Below, one piece after another: positions 10,876 to 20,464 of a stretch of DNA of 23,063 bases (positions are counted from its first letter, which is position 1; each line of letters begins with the position of its first letter). The notes beneath the pieces are model-generated. The model was not told where the DNA came from, did not search any database, and saw only the letters and a list, made by a program, of their open reading frames with translations. Source of the DNA: Bugula neritina (taxonomy: Eukaryota; Animalia; Bryozoa); contig CAXIUT010000069.1 of NCBI GenBank assembly GCA_964035545.1, positions 1 through 23,063 of the forward strand, in the 5' to 3' direction. Position numbers and translations under genes: made by a program.

Positions 10876-12345
10876 ATGGATAACTAATTTATTAGCCTAG
10901 AAGAGGAGTTGAAATTATGTATTTAAAGTAAATTCAATCAACCGAAAGGATGTATTAAAGTTGCTAAAAAATAATAAAAAGAAGTTTTGGATAAAGTGCT
11001 AGAGATGCTAGGACATGATGGTTTTTGGGTATCAAAAACATAGTAAAAAGTATAGTAGTTATTAGATGGGTATCAGCCAACTGTTTTAGACAAAAAGAAA
11101 CAGGCAAATAAAATAAAATTAACCCAAAGATAGTAAATTAATACAATGTTTACTCATAGCAAACCTAAATAAATATAATTAAGTCCAACTCTATCAAAAA
11201 AGATATTATCAACTGTCTAACATAAAAAATTTATCAAAGGAATAGTAAAAGATTCGAAACATCGGTCAGTTGTTCGGATATAGCAGTTGCAAAAGAGATA
11301 ATAAGAGAGGATGCGAGAGTAGGAGGAAGAGAAGTTGTCGTTGTAGAAGGAGCGGATGTAAGAAATATAGAGGAAGAGATAGAAGATCAGGGAGAATTTG
11401 AGAAAGATGAAGGAAAATCATTAGTTATTTTTGGGTCAATAAAAGGAATCTAGATTGTTATTTAGTAAAATGAAACATAAAAAGAAACTATATCAGGAAT
11501 ACTAGCATCGATAAGAATAGCAATCTATGGAGAAGCAACGTTAGATAGAGAAGAAGTTGATGGTCAATGCATAAGAACACAAAATTAATTTTTAGAAGTT
11601 GAAAGAACATTAAAAAGAGTATCTGGAAATAAAGAGGCAACATAGCCAAGATAAATCAAGGGTGGTGAGTGAGAAATAAAAAAACAGGTATCGAGGACCT
11701 CCTCATTCACAGAAGGTGATGAAATTTTTAAAGTAGGAGTTGAATAGTAGACAAACTATTTAACTCAAAAAGAAGAAAATAGAATAGAAACTGAATAAGT
11801 TATCTGAATACTAGTTGCAGGTCAAAGAGAGAAACAGACAGCTATCTCCTGCTAGAGGAGTTAATTCCAATCGCAACAAGACTCAGAATGGTCAGAGTAG
11901 ACGTGATACATCACTCATCGACCGGAAGGAGTTGGGCAATATGTACATGCAGGATGTTAAGCAGAAAATGCAGAAGAAAAGATCACAAACAGAGTAGCAA
12001 TATTACAACAATCCTGAAGCGGATAGCAGATAGTATCAAATAAAAGAGAAAAATAGAAGAATATCGACTATTTCGTATATTCCTGAGGGAAAGCGGTTGG
12101 AATATATTGAGAAGAAGAAGCGTGAGGAGATGGAGAAGATGTTGAGGATGGAGGAGGTGAAGGGAAGAGATGATCGGCTGGAGAGGGTGAGGATAGTGGA
12201 TGAGAGGCTGTCGAGGGAGTTGCAGAAGAAGAATAAGCAGATGAAGGGAAGGTATTCTACTTAGAGTGGATAGTATGCGACTGCGTTGTTGTTGGGGACT
12301 ATTAGAGCTAAAATCAACTTGATTGATACCTATAATGCTCAGTGA
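10876..12345 (+). CDS. Highly charged coiled-coil / single-alpha-helix protein, 489 aa
   Basis: 490-codon ORF in code 30 with E/K/R tracts (KREEERMREEEEEKLSLEKERMEE); ends LLGTIRAKINLIDTYNAQ*. Confidence 0.8.
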
Positions 12346-12405
12346 TTATATATCTTCTTTCTTCTTTCCTCATTAATAGTGTATAATTAATTGGATTATT
12401 GTTGA

Positions 12406-12994
12406 TCATTGAGTTTTCTTAGAGTCTTTCTGATGTTTTTATTTCTTTTTGCCCTCTTTTATATGTGGCAGCTTTATTTTTGATGAAGATATTTCTTCTG
12501 AAGAATCTTCATCCTCTTAAGATGATAGTTATAAATATTAATTTTTATTATTATTTTTCTTCCTTGAATCCTTGATTGCCTATACAAAATTTTGAAAACC
12601 CCAAACTGTTTCTTCGATAACAAAATTTATGCAGTAAATACATTTATATTCAAATGATTTTTAATATTATATTTCTTCTCTCCTGATCTTTTACTTTCGT
12701 TCTTGTTATAATTTTTGTTTTTAAAGTTTTCTTTTTTTCCTACAATTCATTAAATATATTTTTGCCATGAGATTTTTTCACACTATTTATAAAACCACTC
12801 AATTATTTTTTCTATCCTTCAGTTCTTTTTTATAATAATAATTCTTCAAAATATTCAATACTTTTTGAATACTTTTCTTCGTATTTTATATCATCTTCTT
12901 ATCTAATTTCAGTGATAGAATATTTTGTTTTATTTTTTTATCTTCCTTTTTAAGTAGACTCTGATAATTCAGATGCTTTGCTATTGTCACTCAT
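12406..12994 (-). CDS. Hypothetical E/K-rich protein, ~195 aa, with an apparent +1 frameshift at an A7 run (12732-12738)
   Basis: Two protein-like frames are joined if one A is removed (ELEEKRKLEKQKLEQERKEK). The span is 3n+1. Confidence 0.55.
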
Positions 12995-13418
12995 AAAACT
13001 AATTGAATATAGATAAATAATAAACTGTCATTGACTATTTTATTCTTTAATTTAATAAAGCTCTTACAATAAATAAAAAAATAGTCGAATTTAGTTCTTT
13101 TTCTTTTCAATTTGATTAAAATTGATAACAAATATATTCATTTATTGAGGAAAGGAATTTATCTAACTTTTTTGATGATCCAACATTCTTTATTTACCTC
13201 ACAATATTGATAATTGTTATCAATGATTTCTATTACTTTTATTCTCATGCTTTTATCCTATTATTCATATCATTGTTATCCAAGTGTCAATAATATATAA
13301 AATATAAATCATAATTTAATGAATACATGAATAATATCAGGAAAATATGTTTGTTTAATTTCTTTGAAAGGATTATGTCCAAATTAGTTTAATATGATAG
13401 TTCATAATATCAGAATTG

Positions 13419-14065
13419 ATGTAATAGACGGTGCATTTATCAAGCCAATAGCGTGCAAAACTCTAGAACTAGAAGCAGATATACGTGATATTGCGTATGA
13501 TGAACTATATATAAAAGTTTTACTCCACTGATAAAATCTAACAACATGTCTACAAAACATAAATTACTAAACTCCTATAAAAATACAATAAATTCAGTCA
13601 AATAATACCCAACTTCAATTTGCAGTAGTATGAGAAAAGATATGCTATTCCTCACTAAGAAATATCATGGGCCAAATACGTTATCTAGAAGGGAGTTGAG
13701 GTATTTTTATGTTTACGCTAGGGACAGCAAAGCAAATAAACCTTTATTTATATGCAAGCTACAGCCACCTTTATCGAAGTCAACTAAACTCTCAATTTGG
13801 CATCAGATAATCCCATCATTGGATAAATAAGACCTGCCCTCGAGAAGCTGTATATCATTTTGAAGAAGTTGTATCAGAAGTTGGGACCAGATTTTACTAA
13901 CAAGTTTAATTTGTTTAGTCGATTGTACAAATGATGGTAGTTAGGATGGAGTCAACCATTAATAACAAGTCTGTTAGTCAGACTTTGACTGAAAGCTAGT
14001 TCCAGGAAATCAAACATTGTGTGGAAAGTATGTTCAAAATGATGGAAGCTATCATGCAAAATTGA
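13419..14065 (+). CDS. VPS28: ESCRT-I subunit VPS28
   Basis: SQERAKLENEKQIYVILRMMNYIEKFYSTDKI resembles the VPS28 N-terminus; C-terminal NKSVSQTLTESEFQEIKHCVES. 20-nt intron at 13925-13944 and probable 21-nt intron at 13701-13721. Confidence 0.82.
13925..13944 (+). other. 20-nt spliceosomal intron
   Basis: GTACAAATGATGGTAGTTAG; contains an in-frame TGA, and removal restores the VPS28 C-terminus. Confidence 0.88.
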
Positions 14066-14215
14066 TTTGGATTTGGTAATTAGATCATTTTAATACCTTA
14101 TCATTGATTAATTAGAGCAATATCAGTATTTTAGCTATGTACTTCATGATTATTTGAGGTTATTTTGAGTTATCTAATATTTTAATCAAAAATAGTCAAA
14201 GAAGTATGATAAAGA

Positions 14216-14619
14216 TCAGTCTTGATTTTTTGTTTTTGTGAATTTAGTAACATAAGAAGTCAGATATTTGCTTAATCCTATGTTTTAGTGCCAAAGACAG
14301 ACCAAAATAACAGACTACATATAATCAAATTTACATCAATAGCCGCCATTTTATTACTTATTTGCCTTATCACTAACAACACTGCAAACCACTCCCAATA
14401 GTGCTCTAATTTAGCTCCATAGTGGCTAAAAAGCAAAGGAAGGAAAAAGCCATTGATAAGATAGATGAAAATAGTGAACTTGAAGTAGATAGACAGAAGG
14501 AGAGACAATGTTGTGAGTCCAAAGATTATTTCGTAGGGAGTCAGCTGGAGTGAGAAGAGGTTGATCGTGGGAAAGCAAGGAAGGGATAAAGTTTTTTTTA
14601 TTGATTGGATTTGTTGCAT
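14216..14619 (-). CDS. Small hydrophobic membrane protein, possibly TB2/DP1/HVA22 (REEP/Yop1)-like, 127 aa
   Basis: Long hydrophobic stretches with GFFLP...YW...LVCLW...G spacing that weakly recalls DP1/Yop1; 20-nt intron at 14315-14334. Family assignment is weak. Confidence 0.55.
14315..14334 (-). other. 20-nt spliceosomal intron
   Basis: GTAAATTTGATTATATGTAG; matches the consensus of the other introns. Confidence 0.75.
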
Positions 14620-14717
14620 GTTGTTATCTAACTATATTGAGTTATCTTATTATTATTGAGTTAATGAGTTTGAAAATGATTTAAAATGAATATTGTGATG
14701 TGTGAACTATAATATAA

Positions 14718-15451
14718 ATGTAAGACGCACTCAGTTAGTTCAAAGCTTGGTATTTCACTAAACCTCTCTTCACTCGAACCTTCCTAACCATCGTCACTGT
14801 CATGACTCTCTTGATAACCATGCGTTTAGTCTCTCCAATGATCCTTCTCTACACCTTCGAAACTGCCTTCCTCAAACTTCAAGTCTGGCGTCTAGTCACA
14901 GCCATGTTCTTCATGGGTAAATTCAACTTCGGATTTCTCTTCAATATATACTTTGCCTACGTGGCTATCAGCAAAGTCGAGACCCAGGTTTTCAGTCGCT
15001 AGCGATATGCTGATTTTCTGTGGTTATGCGTCGTGCTTTGGTTGGGCTGTATTCTCCTGGGTAGCATAATAGATGTGTATTTCTTCACTGATATATTTTT
15101 GATGGCCTTGATTTATGTTTGGTGCAAGCGTATGCCTCATGAGTAGATCAGAATAATGTTTGGATTCGTGGTTAAATGTAAGAATGGTTTAATATAGCGG
15201 GTTACTTTCCCTTTGTCTACGCGATTATGATGACTTTGTTTGGAAACAGTTTGATTAACTATGTGTTAGGAATTATGCTTGGCCATGGATACATATTTAT
15301 CAAAGATATTGCAGTCGTCAGATTCCATAAAGATTATTTACCTACGCCAAGATGGTTCAGTAATTGGTGGTTCGGAAGACAAGGTGCAGATGGTCCTGTC
15401 AGAGGGAATCAAGCAGGACCATTCCAAGGTAGAGGAGTAAGGTTGTAGTGA
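14718..15451 (+). CDS. Derlin (Der1-like ERAD membrane protein), 237 aa
   Basis: PLFTR, LQVWRLVTAMFF, RYADF, IYVW, GIMLGHGYIF, LPTP and a C-terminal FQGRGVRL (SHP box); 20-nt intron at 15178-15197. Confidence 0.93.
15178..15197 (+). other. 20-nt spliceosomal intron
   Basis: GTAAGAATGGTTTAATATAG; removal yields the conserved FGFVVKSGYFPF. Confidence 0.93.
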
Positions 15452-15727
15452 TCTACTTGACAGTTATTTACATTAATAAACCTATTCTATCTATTGTCTA
15501 CTCTATCTGACTTACATTATCAATAAATCGAATGCTATTCATCATTTGAATTGTTTTATTGTCTATTTTAGCTAAAAGACAACTTATTGAATGATTTTAA
15601 TTGATAAGTGAAGCAAATACATAATAAAACAATCAGGCAGTTATTTGAGTTGAAATGAGGATGATATAAATAAATATTTAAAAAAGCTAACATATTGTAT
15701 TAATCGTTAATTTGAATAATAGAAAAG

Positions 15728-16694
15728 ATGGTGATAGCTATTCCCTAGATGCATAAACATCTATAACAGCTAAATACATTCTTCTCCCAAACTACCACTT
15801 CATTCATCACAGCTATCAAAAGCCATCCAGGCCAATTCACCTCCAACGACCAACTATAATTCAAAGATCTCATAGATGATATCAAAAATGATATGCTTAC
15901 CAGAATTACAGATTTCTTTAATAATAAACACACAACCAAAGCCGAACTCTATAACTCACATGTAGCTATATTTAAATATAGATTGTCAATTATTCATAAA
16001 GTAGCTAAGGTGTTAATGTGCAGCTCGTAGAGTTCAGAAAACAATTAGAAGAAGCCACAATCAGTATGAAAAAATAACAAAATAGAAGATAAAAATTATT
16101 AGAAGAATTTAGTAGAAAATACAGCTAAAGAATGATTGTCAAAAAAGTATGGAAAGCTTTTAATGATAATAAAATAAAAAGACAATAAGCTAGAGCTCTT
16201 GATCTCAAAATGGATTAAATCTATAGAAAGAATCTAAAAAAAAAAGCTTTCTTCCCCTGGCGAACGTACCATCTACTATATCCAGATTGACCTATAAAGA
16301 AGGATATTAAAACACAGTGAGAAGAGAGACAGAAAAAGACATCTCATCCATCCACGAACAATATCAAAGCATCATCGATATTCTTAAGTCAAAGATAGGA
16401 GAAACAGATGAGATGATCAAGGTGAAAAGAGCAGCCAAAGGAGAATTTGCTTTCGCGTTGAGTAAGAATTTACTTAAGACGATATCTAACTTATCATTAG
16501 AGGTGATGTCGCTTAATCAGATGGGACTTAGAGATGGATAATGTGATTAGAATGAGACAAAGAAATTCATGAAGTCTGTTGATAGTGTTATCAATGAGAA
16601 ATTAGGCAAAGTTAGAGAGTATAAAAGAACTATTCTAGGGGAATAGAATTAGGGAGAATAAAAAAAAAAGAAAAAGAAAATCACATTCGCTTGA
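15728..16694 (+). CDS. POC5-like centriolar/basal-body centrin-binding protein, ~308 aa
   Basis: Sfi1-type repeats (KKVWKAF, LKKKAFFPWR), a coiled coil, then a POC5-box-like KNLLKTISNLSLEVMSL; 20-nt introns at 15962-15981 and 16266-16285. Confidence 0.7.
15962..15981 (+). other. 20-nt spliceosomal intron
   Basis: GTAGCTATATTTAAATATAG; removal restores the frame. Confidence 0.85.
16266..16285 (+). other. 20-nt spliceosomal intron
   Basis: GTACCATCTACTATATCCAG; removal restores the frame. Confidence 0.85.
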
Positions 16695-16831
16695 TCTATT
16701 TCACCCTTTTAAACAACAACAATATCATATACTTTAATATAAATGTATTTCACTAGATTGCTATAACTAGTCTTTGTATTAAAACAATCCTATTTTGAGA
16801 GATAACTGGGTTATGATTGGCTGATAAATGA

Positions 16832-18042
16832 TCAAATTGCACGTGCGAATCCAACTCTCTTGTTTTCGACATCGAAATGAGTGTAGAAAGCTTTAATGAA
16901 GGCATCTCCCAAAATAAAAGCTTCACCTAGAACTGGAGGTAAGTCTAATCCCAAAATACCAACAATACAAGTAGATTTTCCTCCCTGGTCGATTTCCAAA
17001 ATGTAATCTTTTCCTGTCAAAGAATAGACTTTTCCTCCAATTTTGAAGTCAAGAGTAGGCAAAGATGGCACTTTAGCACAATCCACCTGTTTCTGCTTAC
17101 CACTTCCAAACTCTTTAGTCATTTCTGCAACTACTTTAGTAGGACCAACAATAACTGATGTTCCAGTATCAACAATACCCAAAAGATTTCCTCTCTTATA
17201 ACTAGTTCCATTATACACTATATCTTACATATCCAATCCCCAGTAGTCAGTTCGGCTTAATGTATGATAAGTGAACTCTCCAGTGTGATATTTGGCATTC
17301 ACTCCTCCCAAAACAAGAGCAGAACCATTTGAACCGGCTACTTTAGTCAAATAGAAAGAGAACGAGTTACCATCAACTTGCTTTTGTTCTACCAAAAGGT
17401 CAAAAATCAAAGGTAGTTTGTTGACTGAAATAGCTGGCCAGGCCATTCCTAGAATTCCATCAAATTTGGAGGCAAGGAAGCTCACTCCATGAAGAGAGGT
17501 AATTTGTGCAAAAAGAGCATTTTTGGCAGGCAAACCAGCCACCCAAACAGTATCTTGTCCCACAAATCCAGAAACAGCTCCAGACCCATAGGTAATGTTG
17601 AAGTGAGAGCCATTAGATTGATAGCTAGAACTTTTAGCTGCATCGAAATATTTATGAAGGTAGCAAGCAGGTGATAATCTGCATTCTTTTGATGGCACCC
17701 AAAGGTTAGATGATCCTGTATCGAATACAACACCAAAGGTTTGAGGTGGATTTCCAATTGAAATTTATCTATCTAAATACATATGTACCCATAGTACTGA
17801 GCATCAAGGTAGTTAAGAATTTTAACTTCAGGATAGGCGTAGATGTTGGGAACCATGTCCGAGGGGAAAATAACTGATAGCAATTTGTTGATCTTTTACG
17901 CGTATGGACCTCTATTCATATATTCAAGGAGCATTTCGGTCTATTGAGGAGATCTTTGACGGTGTCGCATAGGTATTTATTGAATAGCTTGACTGACAAC
18001 GAGCACAACTAGGAATACAAGTAGAGAAGATAGATTTTTCAT
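16832..18042 (-). CDS. Cathepsin D-like aspartic protease (A1 family) preproenzyme, 396 aa
   Basis: Signal peptide, NYLDAQYYGEISIGNPPQ, catalytic FDTGSSNLWVPS and VDTGTS, FDGILGM, ILGDAFI, VGFA; 20-nt intron at 17769-17788. Confidence 0.97.
17769..17788 (-). other. 20-nt spliceosomal intron
   Basis: GTACATATGTATTTAGATAG; removal yields the conserved YYGEISIG. Confidence 0.95.
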
Positions 18043-18106
18043 AAGATTAATTATAAATCATACCACATCTATTGTTGAAATATCAAGCACTAGAAATACA
18101 AATCAA

Positions 18107-18175
18107 GGGGTTGGGGTTGGGGTTGGGGTTGGGGTTGGGGTTGGGGTTGGGGTTGGGGTTGGGGTTGGGGTTGGG
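18107..18175 (+). repeat. (TTGGGG)n tract, right telomere of the 18.2-kb chromosome
   Basis: 69-nt perfect array in G-strand orientation, ending TTGGG. Confidence 0.95.
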
Positions 18176-18247
18176 CTAATTCTGGATGATTTGGATATCA
18201 GTAAAAACTATATTAATAACTATTCAAAGTAGATAATAATACAAAAA

Positions 18248-18322
18248 GGGGTTGGGGTTGGGGTTGGGGTTGGGGTTGGGGTTGGGGTTGGGGTTGGGGT
18301 TGGGGTTGGGGTTGGGGTTGGG
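18248..18322 (+). repeat. Internal (TTGGGG)n telomeric tract
   Basis: 75-nt perfect array ending TTGGG. Confidence 0.95.
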
Positions 18323-19250
18323 TGTCTCTAAACCTAGCAGGTAACTCTCACTCCAACCCATAAATAACATCCACTCTTTGAACAAATCGATAAAGATATA
18401 GATAGAACCTTTCCTGGGCACTCTTATTTTAAATATAAAAACAATAAAAAATCCCTTTAGTAAATACTTAAAAAATATGCCTTAGAATTTCCAGTTGTAG
18501 GATATACACAAGGTCTTAATTTCATGGTAGGTTTTTTATTAATTTCAGGACTATCAGAATAGTAATCACTAAAAACTATGATATCACTATCGATTCATCC
18601 GAATCTCATGCTAATAGGTTTGTACTAGGACAACTTTCCCTTAACTCAGCTTTACTGTTCTTTATTTTGGTCAGTTTTGTAGAAAACATCTCCTAAAACA
18701 TACAAAATATTAGATGAAGCATAACTACCCGATTGAATTGTGGATTTTTCAATGGTTATAACTTGTTTCAGCTATTCTTTTCATTTAGCTATTTAAAACA
18801 CATAATGACTATATAATAATAAAAAGAGATTTTGCTGCTGTTAAGATAGCAGTAGCAGCAGTTCAATGTTTATAGCCATTATTTACTAATAGCAATAACA
18901 TAGATGATTTTATTGATATTTTCTAACAAATAAAAACATAGTAGTTTAGTCGTAAATTAGTTCCTATTAAAAAACTACTTAAAAAAGCAGATATGATAGA
19001 TAACTATGTCATAGTAACATGTCTAAAAACAATTAAAGAGGATAACTGGTATACCAATTACTTTTTATCTTCTTAAAAAATAATAATCCATCCATAGCAA
19101 TCGAATAAAATTGCTAAAGTAGGAACAATAAAAATTTGCTTTATAAAAATAAAATGCCAGAATGACTATGTACAGTAGGCCTTAGAGTATGACCAAATAT
19201 TATAGATGCAATAGATTCATAAACAAAAAAAAGATACTAAAGTACTGTCT
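18323..19250 (+). CDS. 5'-truncated Rab-GAP TBC-domain protein with several apparent indels; 3' end uncertain
   Basis: QIDKDIDRTFP (arginine finger) and VGYTQGLNFMVGFLL (glutamine finger). No start codon after the telomere. The LWIFQW...CFSYSF motif is split across frames near 18730-18810. Confidence 0.8.
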
Positions 19251-19259
19251 TTAGATATA

Positions 19260-20336
19260 GTATTTAAAGAAATTCTATTTTTTTCTTCCAGATTTTCTAC
19301 CACAAGCAAACCCTTCTCCTTCAAAAAAAATCAACCAAAAAATAATGATACTTTTCTTTTTACTTTTTATATCCTAAATATTGAATTAACTATCACTTAA
19401 ACTTCTTCATCACTCTCTTCTACTACTTTCTTAACTTGTTTTGCACTCCTCTCAAAAACATCAAATTCTCATTGCTAGGATACGCATTGCCTTCTCCTTC
19501 ACCAATTCTATCACTCCATGCTGCTATCCGACCATCTACTCATAATTCATACTATAAAATGCACCAGCAACCACTCCTTCAACCTTCACATTGGTCTGGC
19601 ATTGACATACGCACTAAAATTAACCCAAAGATGACCATCTACTATAGACTATCTATCGCATACTACTACTCTTTCTCAAGAGGAAGAGATACTGACACAT
19701 TAGCCCGTCCATAAATAAAAAAGAAGACGTTGTGCATGCTGTCGCCATCTAGTTTCAAGAGTTATGATTTCTAGAGGAACGGCGAGTCAAGCCTAGAGTC
19801 AAATGCATCTTTTCTAGTGAGTTTAAGAACTTAGTTATGAATGATGTACTTCGAAGTATGGGTTTACATTTAGAAAATGCAAACATTTTTGAAGAGAATC
19901 TCTCTGGCTGAACACCTTCAAAAGAGATACTTCTCTAATCTTCATAAATTGCATTTACTCAAAGTTTTTACCTTTTATAGTCTATTTTCCAGCCCAAACA
20001 CTATCTACAACTGTCCAAACACTCTCAGCATTCCATATTCTTAACAACACCACTGGTCTACACTCCTACTTTTCCCTCAACACAACATAGACAAACCGGC
20101 CACTCCCTTCATCTTCATACACGTCCATTTAACTTAGTACTACTGCACTATTTGTCCAATACATAAGTTGATAAAATGTTCACTATTAGTATCGAAGTGT
20201 CTTCTGAAGAAGGTATTCTAGCTAATGTTTTCGCTATTTAGATCCCTTCGAAAGGCATCTTTTCGGACTCTTCTTTCGAGAGCACTTTGAATATTTGTTG
20301 TAATTAGCCTTGGATCTCTATTCCACAACCTTCCAT
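19260..20336 (-). CDS. Probable protein-coding gene, frame broken by apparent errors; product unknown
   Basis: ATG 60 nt inside the telomere (MEGCGIEIQGELQQIFKVLSKEE...) and a purine-rich minus strand with protein-like segments in shifting frames. Boundaries are approximate. Confidence 0.35.
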
Positions 20337-20396
20337 AATTATCAATATATTCCGAACATTGTTATAACTATCAATATAACATGGATAAAACAGAAC

Positions 20397-20464
20397 GGGG
20401 TTGGGGTTGGGGTTGGGGTTGGGGTTGGGGTTGGGGTTGGGGTGGGGTTGGGGTTGGGGTTGGG
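20397..20464 (+). repeat. Internal (TTGGGG)n telomeric tract
   Basis: 68-nt array with one TGGGG variant, ending TTGGG. Confidence 0.95.

Noticed and set aside
1165-15939. Most short ORFs in the supplied track (e.g. 1165-1395, 4716-5039, 9644-9934, 10569-10811, 15745-15939)
   Set aside because: They were computed with TAA/TAG as stops and are antisense or off-frame to the real code-30 genes.
4791-18042. Standard ciliate code (TAR=Gln) or a split code (TAA=Lys, TAG=Glu)
   Set aside because: Both codons map to conserved Glu in IMP3, VPS28, QDPR and cathepsin D. Only RBX1 CQAN[TAG] favours Gln, and it is outweighed.
18730-18810. In-frame TGA and frameshifts in the TBC gene as recoding or pseudogenisation
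   Set aside because: Clustered compensating single-base indels in a segment whose downstream telomere tracts also show indels point to low-coverage read error. A pseudogene cannot be fully excluded.
18107-20464. Repeat-spacer pattern resembling a CRISPR array or a telomere-bearing transposon
   Set aside because: The repeats are simple telomere tracts, the spacers vary from 72 nt to kilobases and hold ordinary eukaryotic genes, all tracts have one orientation (no inverted termini), and no cas, transposase or reverse transcriptase motifs are visible.
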